A DNA stretch of 64,000 bases from assembly GCF_006345805.1 (NCBI RefSeq), contig NC_043012.1, forward strand, positions 58,280,001 to 58,344,000, in the 5' to 3' direction. Positions 51,812-64,000 of the stretch are shown one piece after another. The notes under the pieces were generated by a model. That model saw only the letters and a program-made list of their open reading frames with translations, did no database searches and was not told the origin of the DNA. Both the position numbers and the translations under genes were made by a program. Each line of letters opens with the position of its first letter. The stretch's first letter is position 1. This DNA comes from Octopus sinensis. Taxonomy: Eukaryota.

Positions 51812-52450
51812 AGTGGACAGTTGATTGAATTTACACCAGTGAACAGTTGATCGAATTTGCGCCAGTGGACAGTTGATCGAATTTTAGCTAGTGGACAGTT
51901 GATCGAATTTTCGCTAATGGGCAGTTGATAGAATTCTCGTTAGTGGACAGTTGATCGAATTTACACCAGTGGACAGTTGATCGAATTTGCGGTAGTGGAC
52001 AGTTGATCGAATTTGCACCAGTGGACAGTTGATCGAATTTGCACAAGTAAACAGTTGATCGAATTTTCGTTAGTGAACAGTTGATCGAATATTTGCTAAT
52101 GGACAGTCGATCCAATTTACACCAGTGGACAGTTAACGGAATTTACACCAGTGGACATTTGATCGAATTTTCGCTAGTGGTCAGTTGATCGAATTTGCAC
52201 AAGTAAACAGTTGATCGAATTTTCGTTAGTGGACAGTTGATCGAATTTTCGCCAGTGGACAGTTGATCAAATTTAGACCACTGGACAGTTAATCGAATTT
52301 GTGGTAGTGGACAGTTGATTGAATTTGCACAAGTAGACAGTTAATCGAATTCACACCAGTGGACAGTTGATTGAATTTACTCCAGTGGACAGTTGATAAA
52401 ATTTTCGCTAGTGGACAGTAGATCGAATTTACACCAGTGGACAGTTGATA
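51812..52450. repeat. 26-bp minisatellite, ~24.5 units (AGTGGACAGTTGATCGAATTT + 5 variable nt)
   Basis: Counted 24 full units plus a partial unit. Confidence 0.95.
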
Positions 52451-52574
52451 CTCACACACACACATACATACATTTTACAGTGAACGTACCGGCCGCCTCG
52501 GACACTCGGCGAAGAGCACCCTCGGAGCAGCCGTTCGGGCCGAAACGACCGGGAGGTGGACGCGCTACCGCAAC

Positions 52575-52872
52575 GCCCTTTTCAAGCCTAGCCAATCTCA
52601 TGTGCCCGTTTTCCCGCTGTCTGTGGTGCATGTGTTCCCGCAGCTGGACGGGACGCCAGTCCATCGCAGCGTTACTCAAGAAACAGGAAGAGAGAGAGAA
52701 AGATGTGGAGAAATAGTACAACAGGGGTCGCAACCCACCCTCCTGCCGGAGCCTCGTGGAGCTTTTAGGGGTTTTCGCTCAATAAACACACACAACGCCC
52801 GGTCTGGGAATGGTAACCGCGATCCTCCGACCGCGAGTCCGCTGTCGTAACCACTGGGCCATTGCGCATCTA
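52575..52872 (-). mobile_element. SINE family C, tail type 1, full length
   Basis: Head GATGCGCAATGGCCCAGTGGTTACG.., end ..CTTGAAAAGGGCG. Confidence 0.85.
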
Positions 52873-53409
52873 CAAAAGAGCCAATACTAACCTTTTACTA
52901 GAAACGAGCGCTTCTACGAGAAAATGACACTAAAATATCTCCGCACCAACAAAAGAGCTTCGTTTTCAATCACACGATCCCTTTAAACATAACCATAGCA
53001 GCGAAAGAACTTTTTGTCAAGCAAAAAAAAACAATCGGATATTTAATAAATGAGAGGAATTGAACCAGTCAGTGTGTTCGTTACATTGGCATAATGACTC
53101 TCCCAAGACAACAAAATAGCAGTAAATTTTTTTCGTAAGTCAAACCATATCTTCTTTTAAAAAAATTACGATATATTCCATAATACAAAATCCTCGATAT
53201 GTTATACTTGAAAGAAACGACGGATGAGTGTAGTAAACTCGATAAGGACTTCATATGGTTGATCGACAAAAATATCTATAAGAATCAAAATATATACCCG
53301 CGTGTCAATCAAATAAATAGTTTTTTTATTCATATTTTTTCTTCTGTAGATGTTCTGTTATCGGTTCTTTTTGCAGTGGAATCCTTTCACGGAGGAAAAA
53401 TATCTATTT

Positions 53410-54006
53410 CTTTCTTTGTTGCCCACAGGGGGCTAAAATTAGAGGGAGCAAACAACTTCAGACAAAGGGATACCTCGACCCCAGTACGTAACTGGTACTT
53501 ATTCAATCGATGCTGAAGGGATGAAAGGCAAAAATCGAACTCGGCGGAATTTGGAACTTAGAACTGGTGAAATATTGCTAAGCATTTTACCCGGCGTACT
53601 AACGATTCTTTTCTACTCTAGACGCAAGGCCTGAAATTCTTGGGGAGGGGGGGCAGTCGATTAGATCAACCCCAGTACGCAACTGGTATTTAATTTATGG
53701 ATCCCGAAAGGATGAAAGGCAAAGTCGAACTCGGCGGAATTTGAACTCAGAATGTAACGGCAGACGAAATACCTATTTCTTTACTACCCACAAAGGGCTG
53801 AACACAGAGGGAACAAACAAGGACAGACAAACGGATTAAGTCGATTACATCGACCCCAGTGCGCAACTGGTACTTAATTTATTGACCCCGAAAGGATGAA
53901 AGGCAAAGTCGACCTCGGCGGAATTTGAACTCAGAACGTAACGGCAGACGAAATACAGCTACGCATTTCGCCCGGCGTGCTAACGTTTCTGCCAGCTCGC
54001 AGCCTT
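53410..54006 (-). mobile_element. SINE family B trimer/array
   Basis: Three successive GAAAGGATGAAAGGCAAA..CTCGGCGGAATTTG blocks. Confidence 0.85.
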
Positions 54007-54749
54007 ATGGACAAAAAAATATCATCTGAACCAAAACTAGAGAGTTGGCAGTAATGATGGATAAACAGTTTGAATGATGAATGTAATTTCGAGGGGCGGA
54101 GCCAGGATTATGGTTGCCGAGGGCGTAGCGCAATTTGAAAACAAGAAAGGATATCTAACAAAACAAATAGTTATTCGAGTACGATATGAAAACATACTGT
54201 ATGAAATCTGCCAATGGGTTGGTATTGGGTTTCTTCTTTGTTCCTTGGCGAACTTACCACAGATTTCTGCTTAGTCACAAACTTTGCCGATTTCAAAACA
54301 TAATAGGTTAACTTTGGTTTTCATTATTATTTAATTGAGGTAACTATAGTATGCACTTGTTAACTGAAGTAACTATTTGGTCCGGAAGAAGTGATTATGT
54401 CTGTGACATTTGCGGCACGGTCTCTTGCCCTTCTCTTGGCAACCAGTATGGTTTCCGTAGATCTACATCTGATGGAGTCTCATATACAACTAGTGGCCCC
54501 ACGCCACTAGAAATTTCAGTGTCAGGTGGTAAAGTTTTTACAATTGACATCATCTATATTCGTCTTACATTTCCTTTATTGAAAGCTTTCTGTCGCACAC
54601 ACTTGAGTATGGGCTTATCTAATTTCAAGTAGATGAAATTTGATAGCTTTATGAGAAGTAGAGAGAATGTGTGTGCGGAGAGTTGAAATCGGTGATGGTA
54701 AGCTCTTCTTGTGAGGACATTATTTGTACAACAGGAGGAGTAAAGTAAA

Positions 54750-55000
54750 GTAAATTTATCTTTTCGAGTCATACCGACTCACAAAGGCCGGTGTCTCGGT
54801 TTCATGATGTAAAACTTCCCCACCTGGACGGGACGCCGGTCCGTCGCAGGATTACTCATTTTTGCCAGCTGAGTGGACTGGAGCAAGTGAAATGAAGTGT
54901 TTTGTTCAAAAACACAACGCGTTACCCGGTCCTGGATTTGAAACCACAGTTGCACGATTATGAGTTCAACAACCTAACCATTATGCCATTCGCCTCCACT
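54750..55000 (-). mobile_element. SINE with family D-type head/body and V/Meta-like GCGACGGACCGGCGTCCCGTCCAGG motif, (TTTAC)n end
   Basis: Minus strand GTGGAGGCGAATGGCATAATGGTTAGG..GTGTTTTTGAACAAAACACTTCATTTCAC. Confidence 0.75.
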
Positions 55001-55317
55001 AGAAGTGTGTAGGAATGAGCCCAAAATAGCGGTTCTCGACTACGCCTCCAAGGCATTCTGCGGCATACAAGCATTCTTCAAGCGGCACTCGATGGTCTTC
55101 TGTCTATAAATATGACAAAAGTTTTATTCAATCGACTTTGTTCCACTGTTATTAGTGCAGACCCCTAATAAAAATCATTGAAGTTTTGGGTCTGGCCCGT
55201 ATATTAAGAAGGTTGAGAAATATGGGTTAGAAGTGCTTGAGTAGCAGCACCACAAGAAAAGGTCGGGAGGCAAATTCGAAGTTGAGGTATCTGTATCTAT
55301 CTTCTATTTTTTATCGT

Positions 55318-55704
55318 TTACCTCTTTGAGTTATTAGACTGCGGTCATGCTGGGGCACCGCCTTGAATTTCTAACCGAATGAATCGACCCCAGTATTTAT
55401 TTTTTAAGCTTGGTACTTATTCTGTTCGTGTCTTTTACCGAATCGTTAAGCTACGGGGACGTAAACATACCAACACCGGTTGTCACGTGGTGATGGGGAG
55501 ACAAACACAGTCACACACACTCATACATATACAAACACACACACACACACATACACGACAGTCTTTCAATTTCCGTCTACCAAATCCACTCAGAAGGCTT
55601 TGGTCGGCTCAAGGCAATAGCAGAAGGTGCCACGCAGTGGGATTGAAACCAGAAACATGTGGCTGAGAAACAGCCTACTTACCACAGAGCCACTCCTACG
55701 CCTA
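55318..55704 (-). mobile_element. SINE family A
   Basis: Tail, (CA)n and head all present. Confidence 0.8.
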
Positions 55705-56417
55705 TGTACACTTAATGTAATTCTCAAGCAGAATCGGTAGGGCACACTGTGTGGATCGAAGCTCTGCCTATCGAATTACAAAGAGGGCGCTGAACACCTA
55801 CCAACCGGAAAATTTCATACAAGGATTTTTCAAATTTTTTCAGGTAACTATTCAGTCCTGTTTCCCTTTTTGGCTACCTAAATTTCGCTAAACCCTCCAC
55901 AACCATAATCTTAGTCCCTTCTAATTTGTTTTAATCATTACAAATACAATCCACCAGACGGGTTTCCACACAGTTTCTTCCTCTCCCAAATCACTCACAA
56001 CTAATGGAACGACTTGATGTACAAAAATGAACAACAAGCAAAGTTAACATCTTCGAAAGGAATACGAACTCAAAACCTAAAGATAATCAACTAAATTTTG
56101 ATACTTCCGCATCCAAAACGCTGGAAACCAGTAAATAAATAAATGAATGCATAAAATTTATTATTCTTTGTTCAATATACTTCATTTGATTTTTATTTTG
56201 TTTGTCGTTAATTCAATTTTATTTTTAGTAGTTTAACTTTTTCTACAAACCTCGGATAACGAGTTATAAGGGTCTCCTATCGATTACTCATTTGTTCATA
56301 ATATTTTCTCCCTAGGGATTCTATTTGTAGAAGATTATACTTAAGGTTTAACAGATTTCGTTCTGATGCTTTTTCACATTTCTTACATATTTCATCAGCG
56401 TACTCATGCACAGACAT

Positions 56418-56491
<74 letters not shown>

Positions 56492-56492
56492 G

Positions 56493-56527
<35 letters not shown>

Positions 56528-56543
56528 CATATATATATATATA

Positions 56544-56633
<90 letters not shown>

Positions 56634-56928
56634 GTCTTAGTGTGTGTGCTTATATATTTACTTTTATCATTTATTTTTGATCTGCAGGATATGCGTTTAT
56701 ATACTCTCTCTCATATAAACCCATCTGTCAGCATTTATTGACATGTGATGACATATGAATCATTTTATACATACTATGTATATATACACACACATATATA
56801 CATACATACATATATATATATACACACTATTATATATATTATATATATATATATATTATATATATACACGTACATATATACATGAATATATATATACAGC
56901 CACATGTACATATATGCATGAATATATG

Positions 56929-56972
<44 letters not shown>

Positions 56973-57158
56973 CACATATATGTACATGTGTATGTGTATG
57001 CATATATCTGTAAGATGTATACATGCGTGTGCTTGTGCAGTTCTTCAAGAATGATTCGTTTCCAAAAAATTTATTCCCTTATTTTCTTCAAACTTTGCAT
57101 GTAAATGTCAAATAAAAATAAAGTTCATTCTCACAAACAACACACTCACACACATACA

Positions 57159-57209
<51 letters not shown>

Positions 57210-57344
57210 ATGCACATAAAACCGCATGCGCACTCACGCAAGTACGCCACATGTATAATTACTTTTTAAAGATTATGCTTGAATATGTAAGCGCAGCAAA
57301 ACATGTTCACTTATGAACACATGTATGCACGCACATACATTACG

Positions 57345-57361
57345 TATCTATCTATCTATCC

Positions 57362-57437
<76 letters not shown>

Positions 57438-57530
57438 ATCTATCTATCTACCTATCTTTCTACCTATCTTTCTACCTATCTTTCTATCTATCTATCTATC
57501 TATCTTTATATCTATCTTTCTATCTATCCA
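57345..57530. repeat. (TCTA)n microsatellite
   Basis: Direct observation. Confidence 0.95.
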
Positions 57531-58323
57531 TATGTCAATCTAATTTAATCTATCTATCTCATTACACACACATACACAAGCATACACACACATATATATG
57601 CGTGTGATAGTGAGTGTGTGTGTGTAAATAAAGACCTATAGATAGGAATATGTATATATAAAGGTATATATATACAGACGCACATATATATACACACATA
57701 TATATACATATATATATGCATGTATAAATAGATTGAAAGAGAAAGTGAGTGAGAGAGAGAGAGTGAGAGAGAGAGATACATAAACACACGTACAACATAC
57801 ATGTGTATGTGTGTGCGTGTGTGTGTGACTCTTTGTGTATCTGTCTATGTGTGTACTTGTGTGTCGGCTGAAGATGAAGAATCAAGGAACTTCACTGCAA
57901 GGGTAAAGCCCTAACATCTACCAATATTCATTTTCAAATATGTATGCATGTATATATATGTATATATATATATATATTGAACAAAATCTATGACAAGAAT
58001 TACTTCTTGAAGTATGAACCACAACATGAGAATACCAACAGATGGTAGATTTTTATTAGGGATAATATTTTCTGTTTTTCTGCCCCTATTTCATATGATA
58101 TTGTTTGTTGCTTTTTGTTTGTGTTCTTTTGCTTATTTCCCTACAGTGATATTAAACAAAACAACATTGCTTCTTGTTATAAAGAAAGGGATGAAATTCC
58201 GAGTAGGAGATGGAGGCTTCAATAAAATATCATTGAATTAATATATTTATAGATAATAATATAAAACATCCCCAAAAGTATACAAACATGCATATATATA
58301 TATATATATATATAATATATATA

Positions 58324-58378
<55 letters not shown>

Positions 58379-58633
58379 TGTTTTGTGTGTGTGTGGTGTG
58401 TGTGTGTGTATTCATATTGGCAAAAAGATGAAAAAATACGACACGTGTTTCTTCTCTAAGTAGTGACTGAGCTATGTTCAGAAGTTATATTAAGCTTTCT
58501 TGGGGGAATATTTTATTGACAAAATAGGCTCACACGCAAGCAGTAGAAACACCACCCACACATTGACTGACACACAGGTATATATATATATATATATAAT
58601 ATATATATATACCATATTTGTGAATTTCCTCCT

Positions 58634-58674
<41 letters not shown>

Positions 58675-58751
58675 GGGTTACAGATTTACAAACACACATA
58701 TACAGAGACACTTTCACCCTCATACAAGTAAACATACGCATACAGTTAAAT

Positions 58752-58804
<53 letters not shown>

Positions 58805-59306
58805 TGCGTGTGTGTGTGTGCAGTTGTAAATGCTGGTATATCTTTCTTTTGAAAACTAATATTGTTCCAACAACAAGGAAGATGCGATAAATAGGGATAA
58901 ATTTAGAGAAACGTAGCAGTGTTTGTATATTATTAAATTTTACTTAAAATATATATGCAAAATATATTTTAGATTTTAATAAAATTACGTCTTTAGAAGT
59001 GGCCTTCTGCGTGCTGAAATTTCGATGCCAAGTTCAGTTGTTTTAATTCTCTTATGCCGCTAATGTCCTCAGTAAAGTTATGTAACTTCATAAAATTGCT
59101 ATTTATTACTATATCTTCTTTCATAGCTATAATTTTTTCATCCGTCTAAAATGAACAGATATTATGTATTATTTCTAATAAATTGCTTTCTTAGATGACT
59201 TTGCTATTATTAAAAGTCTAAATATGATTTTCAATATTAGCAATCGTATTATGCGTGTTTTTTATAAATATAGATAAAATAATAATGAGCTCTACCTTAT
59301 TTCTTG

Positions 59307-59340
<34 letters not shown>

Positions 59341-59362
59341 GCATACATACATACATGCATAC

Positions 59363-59393
<31 letters not shown>

Positions 59394-59487
59394 ATATATA
59401 TATATATATAATATATATATATAGGCATTGGGAGTATTTTTTGCGGAAAAGATTGCCATATTTGATGTCGTTTCAGCTGAGATATAA

Positions 59488-59885
59488 CATTGTGGCTGTG
59501 TGGTACTAGCAAGGTTACCAGCCACATGGTCTGGGTTCAATCCCACTGCCTGGCACCTAGGGCAAGTGTCTTCTACTATAGCCTCGGCCGACCAAAGCCT
59601 TGTGAGTGGATTTGGTTGATAGAAACTGAAAGAAGCCCGTCGTATATATGTATATATATATATGTGTGTCTATGTCTGTTGCCCCCACCTCCCACAACTT
59701 CGCTTGACAACCGATACTGGTGTGCTTACGTCCCCGTAACTTAGCAGTTCGGCAAAAGAGACCGAAAGAATAAGTACTAGGCTTACAGAGATTAAGTCCT
59801 GGGGTCGATTTGCTCGACTTAAAGCGTTGCTCAAGCATGGCCACAGTCAAACGACTGAAACAATTGAAACAGAGTAAAAAGAGTA
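59488..59885 (+). mobile_element. SINE family A, full length
   Basis: GTGGCTGTGTGGTACTAG..GGGTTCAATCCCACTGC..GAAACAGAGTAAAAAGAG. Confidence 0.85.
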
Positions 59886-60117
59886 TATATATATATATAT
59901 ATAGCAATAATAATTCTCTAAACGAGATATAAACAGTAACTGCTCCATATCATAAGGGACATTAGCCATTGAATGTGGCTAGGACAGGGCAGGGCAGTGG
60001 GGGTGTTACTGATGCATTTAGCCCCAGGCGATCATCAACGTCACCAGATAGGCTGACACCATCACCGTGTCCTCTATCCTGCAAAGGGATATCATTCCCC
60101 GAAGAAGCGGATGCCAC

Positions 60118-60160
60118 ATACGGACCTAGGTTTCAAGGTATTTGCCTATCATCAACGTAT
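60118..60160 (-). ncRNA. Minimal type I hammerhead motif (U3/G8, GUC), mirror of 60371-60413
   Basis: Exact reverse complement of 60371-60413. Confidence 0.65.
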
Positions 60161-60370
60161 GGCAGGGCGGTGGGGGTGTTACTGCCCTGTCCCTAGCCAC
60201 ATTCAAATGGCTAATGTCCCTTATGATATGGAGCAGTTACTGTTTATATCTCGTTTAGAGAATTATTATTGCTGTCGAACAGATTTTCGAAATCAGTAAA
60301 TGTATTTACGTGAAAATCTATATATAAATAACCTGCACAGGAAGTCGTTCGTCGAGGAGCGGTGCCTGCC

Positions 60371-60413
60371 ATACGTTGATGATAGGCAAATACCTTGAAA
60401 CCTAGGTCCGTAT
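60371..60413 (+). ncRNA. Minimal type I hammerhead motif (U3/G8, GUC)
   Basis: ATACG-TTGATGA-T AGG caaata CCT T-GAAA-CCTAGG-TC-CGTAT. Stem I is 5 bp and stem III is palindromic, but the base of stem II is a U-U mismatch. Confidence 0.65.
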
Positions 60414-60610
60414 GTGGCATCCGCTTCTTCGGGGAATGATCTCCCTTTGCAGGATAGAGGACACCGTGATGGTGTCAGCCTATCTGGTGACGTTGATGAT
60501 CACCTGGGGCTAAATGCATCAGTAACACCCCCACCGCCCTGCCCTGTCCCTAGCCACATTCAAATGGCTAATGTCCCTTATGATATATATATATATATAT
60601 ATATATATAT

Positions 60611-60848
60611 GGAAATTCTACAGTTAGTTGCTGCATCTCATTTTCAACACACAAACACAGGCCTTTCGTATTTCGACAGAAAGATTCCCTTCTGTTGTAA
60701 CCGAAGACTTGGGATATAGAAGGATCGCGATAAAACAACTACAAAAGTCTCCTCTGTGAGTGTAATAACTAAATATTCGTCCTAATGTCATTGCTAATGC
60801 TTAGTAATAACTCTAGCAAGTCAATTCTATAGCAGAACATTTATTTGG
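60611..60848 (+). repeat. ~237-bp dispersed repeat, copy 2
   Basis: Near-identical to 41691-41927. Confidence 0.9.
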
Positions 60849-61347
60849 AGAATCTTCCTAATGTTTAAGCTGAATATTAGCCATAAATTTAATATAGAAA
60901 TCAATAATTTAAATCATTCTATGCTATCTAATGGTAGTTAATTAGTTAGCTAGATTCACTCCATTTTATAGTGAATAGTTAGTCCCGTACACTTAAATAT
61001 ATCCATAATACATGCCATATCTTTGTGAATGCTGTCCTTCATAGAAATTATTCAGCTTGCATATTTGCACAATATACTTATCGACACATCTAAATTGGTA
61101 ATAGTATGGAAACCTGTTAGAAAGATAACATTCATTTACATGTATGTATAATTATAGAAATATATTTTTGAAAATATAAGAAATTTCCCAAATTGCAATT
61201 TACATTGAATATCCGAATTTGAAAACAATTAAACTTAATGATTATGAATGTCAAAGGTTTCTGCTTTCTGTTTACTGATTCCCATAATTAATATAGGCAA
61301 ATATATTTTGCTGAAACAATCTAAAAAAAATTAACCGTATATGTAAT

Positions 61348-61381
<34 letters not shown>

Positions 61382-61429
61382 AGGATAGATAGATAGATAT
61401 AGATATAGATGTACTTATGTATGTATGTA

Positions 61430-61674
61430 TACTCTTTACTCTTTTACTCTTTTACTGGTTTCAGTCATTTGACTGTGGCCATGCTGGAGCAGCACCTTTA
61501 GTCGAGCAAATCGACCCCAGGACTTATTATTTGTAAGCCTAGTACTTATTCTAGCGGTCTCTTTGTCCGAATCGCTAAGTTACGGGGACGTAAATACACC
61601 AGCATCGGTTGTCAAGCGATTTTGAGGGGACAAACACACACATACATACATATATATATATATATATTATATAT

Positions 61675-61727
<53 letters not shown>

Positions 61728-61876
61728 CGACGGATTCTTTCAGTTTCCGTCTACCAAATCCACTCATAAGGCTTTGGTCGGCCCGATGCTATAGTAGAAG
61801 TCACTTGCCCAAGGACTGAACCAGGAACCATGTGGTGGGTGGCAAGCTACGTACCACACAGACACTCCTACGCCTA
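61430..61876 (-). mobile_element. SINE family A
   Basis: Tail, (TA)n and head (with a short deletion) present. Confidence 0.85.
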
Positions 61877-61916
61877 GGTATGTATGTATATATATATATA
61901 TGTATATGTATATATA

Positions 61917-62000
61917 TGTATATTTATATATATACATATCTGTGTGTATACACGCATATATACATACGTACTTACATATCTACCTCTCTCTCTCTCTCTC

Positions 62001-62033
<33 letters not shown>

Positions 62034-62289
62034 GCTCAGGAGTGGCTGTGTGGTAAGTAACTTGCTACCCAACCAGATGGTTCCGGGTTCAGTCCCACTG
62101 CGTGGCATCTTGGGAAGTGTCTTCCGCTAGCCCCGGGCCAACCAATGCCTTATGAGTGGATTTGGTAGACGGAAACTTAAAGAAGCCTGTCGTATATATG
62201 TATATATATGTATATTTATATAATACATATCTGTGTGTATACACGCATATATACATACGTAACTTACATATCTACCTCTCTCTCTCTTC

Positions 62290-62327
<38 letters not shown>

Positions 62328-62510
62328 CTCAGGAGTGGCTGTGTGGTAAGTAACTTGCTACCCAACCAGATGGTTCCGGGTTCAGTCCCACTGCGTGGCA
62401 TCTTGGGCAAGTGTCTTCCGCTATAGCCCCGGGCCAACCAATGCCTTATGAGTGGATTTGGTAGACGGAAACTTAAAGAAGCCTGTCGTATATATGTATA
62501 TATATGTATG
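61917..62510 (+). repeat. Tandem duplication of ~293 bp including the 5' half of a family A SINE
   Basis: TAGGCTCAGGAGTGGCTGTGTGGTAAGTAACTTGCTACCCAACCAGATGG occurs at ~62031 and ~62323, with shared upstream flanks. Confidence 0.9.
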
Positions 62511-62720
62511 TGTGTGTATGTGTGTCTGTGTGTCTGTCTTTGTCCTCCTAGCATTGCTTGACAACCGATGCTGGTGTGTTTACGTCCCCGTAACTTAGCG
62601 GTTCGGCAAAAGAGACCGATAGAATAAGTCTCGGTTTCGATTTGCTCGACTAATGGCGGTGCTCCAGCATGGCCGCAGTCAAACGACTGAAACAAGTAAA
62701 AGAGTAAAAGAGTAAAAGAG
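62323..62720 (+). mobile_element. SINE family A, full length, (AGTAAAAG)3 tail
   Basis: Direct observation. Confidence 0.85.
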
Positions 62721-62738
62721 TATATATATAATATATAT

Positions 62739-63628
62739 AAAACTTAGATAAAACTTAGATATGTTTCGACCAGAGATTGGTCCAGGCCATGTCTAACTTA
62801 ATAGCACCACCTGATAGGATTATTCGAATCCTGTTTAAGTCAAGTTTTGTTCAAGTAGTGAGTTCTTGTTGGGTGAGTTGTATCCAGTTTTGTTCAAGTA
62901 GTGAGTTCCTGTTGGGTGAGTTGTATCCAATTATGGGTGGCTTATCTGATATTCTTTGAAGGAATCTATCCAGACTCTGTTTAAAGTTGATGGGATCCTT
63001 TTCCTCTTTGATCTCCCTGGGACAATGTTAAATAGGGCAGGGCCTGTTGAGGAAAAGAAATAATGTTGCAGTTACATGTATGTTGTGATCTTGAATTTGG
63101 CAGGGGACGTATAGCCCGTGGTCCAAGTCTTGGATGAACCTTGAAGCTAATGTTTAGGTCGTTTGGGCAAAGTTGGCGGTATATTTTTCACATCGTACAA
63201 ATGATGTAGCCGCTCACGGCGACGCTGGAGGGAGAAGTTTCAAGGCTTTAAGGCGATCCCAATAATCGAGAGCAGCCATGCCTTCAATTTGTTTAGTGAG
63301 AGCCCTCTGGGGTGACTCAATTCTGGAGATGTTTTTGTCTTGTGTGAGGAGACCACAGTGGCAGCAGTATTCAAGGTGTGGCCGTACAAAGGAGAAAAAA
63401 GTGGTATGATGACACCTTGTTCTCTGGACCGGAAAGTTCTTAAGATCCAGGAACTCATCCTACGAGCTATATCGACCTTCTTGTTGATGTGTGCACTCCA
63501 ACTGGGATCGTCATCAACAATTACACCCAGGTCTCTGATATTGTTAGAGGCTGTGAGCGGTTCCCCTGAAGGAAGAGAGTATGGTTGTTTTAGTGAGGAA
63601 TTTCTTCCAAAATGCATCAGCTCAAATT
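62739..63628 (-). pseudogene. 5'-truncated CR1/L2-group LINE (end of RT ORF plus 3' UTR, (ATCTAAGTTTT)2 tail, internal 43-bp duplication at 62843-62928)
   Basis: KFELMHFG..IRDLGVIVDDDPSWSAHI..ARRMSSWILRTFRSR..LQRRRER are CR1-group C-terminal RT motifs. Confidence 0.85.
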
Positions 63629-63843
63629 TTCCCTCGAATATATATATATATATATATATATTATATAGATAAGAAAGTTTGTTTGGTAAAGCACGTGGGT
63701 GAATATATAAGAAAATAGTAAAGTGTGAAAAAACGACAGAAGGCTTAAATGTTAAAAAATATATATATTTGTGTCAAAATGTCTGGAGAATATTGAAAAA
63801 AATTTTTTTTCCTTTCCTTAAAATGACATAATTTAAAATTTTT

Positions 63844-63883
63844 AAGAAATTACCGGTTTCGCGTGTAGCTTTTCAAATTTCTT
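63844..63883 (-). ncRNA. Minimal type I hammerhead motif (U3-A8 covariant, GUA)
   Basis: Minus strand: AAGAAAT-TTGAAAA-GC tacac GC-GAAA-CCGG-TA-ATTTCTT. Stem I is a perfect 7 bp. Confidence 0.75.
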
Positions 63884-64000
63884 GTGACGTTATGTTTATA
63901 TTGCATGGAGTTATCGTTGTTTTTTTTTCCAGGAGATTTCTAATAAGGGGAGGTAGTGAGTGATTTCTTTCGGTGTAGGGGAGATAATCGCTTAAAACTT

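Larger units (their letters stand above)
59903..60586. mobile_element. Nested inverted-duplication element carrying two divergent hammerheads and three copies of the associated hairpin motif
   Basis: 59903-59992 pairs with 60182-60273. 60366-60586 is the reverse complement of 59947-60165. Confidence 0.85.

Noticed and set aside
51812-52450. CRISPR-like array
   Set aside because: The variable part is only 5 nt and recurs, there are no cas genes, and the context is eukaryotic. It is a minisatellite.
55027-55224. Possible hAT MITE (TAGCGGTTCTCGAC..GTTGAGAAATATG)
   Set aside because: The TIR match is too weak and no 8-bp TSD is visible.
56360-56402. Minus-strand CTGATGA..GAAA motif
   Set aside because: Stems I and III do not pair.
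57866-57900. CTGAAGA plus a 5-bp stem
   Set aside because: GAAA is absent after the stem.

Overview
AT-rich, repeat-saturated eukaryotic DNA with one 100-N gap. The microsatellite load and SINE repertoire suggest a cephalopod, probably Octopus; this is inferred, not database-checked. No protein-coding gene can be called with confidence, and almost all ORFs in the track are translations of microsatellites or SINEs. The window holds four tRNA-headed SINE families (labelled A-D here) in many copies, decayed RTE-type and CR1-type LINE fragments, and a Tigger/pogo-like MITE nested in a probable hAT-like MITE. It also contains a 26-bp minisatellite and a decayed Penelope-like element (RT plus GIY-YIG remnants) bracketed by ~0.8-kb inverted repeats. 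The main hidden signal is a set of at least seven minimal type I hammerhead ribozyme motifs at six loci, all with U instead of C at core position 3 (U3-A8 or U3-G8) and a palindromic stem III. One of them lies in the Penelope terminal repeat. Three of the loci have a shared conserved motif (GGGCTA..CAGTAACACC..TAGCCA-loop-TGGCTA hairpin) about 90-200 nt downstream, and several sit in foldback or inverted duplications. This points to a Penelope-dependent, ribozyme-bearing non-autonomous retroelement (retrozyme-like) system.
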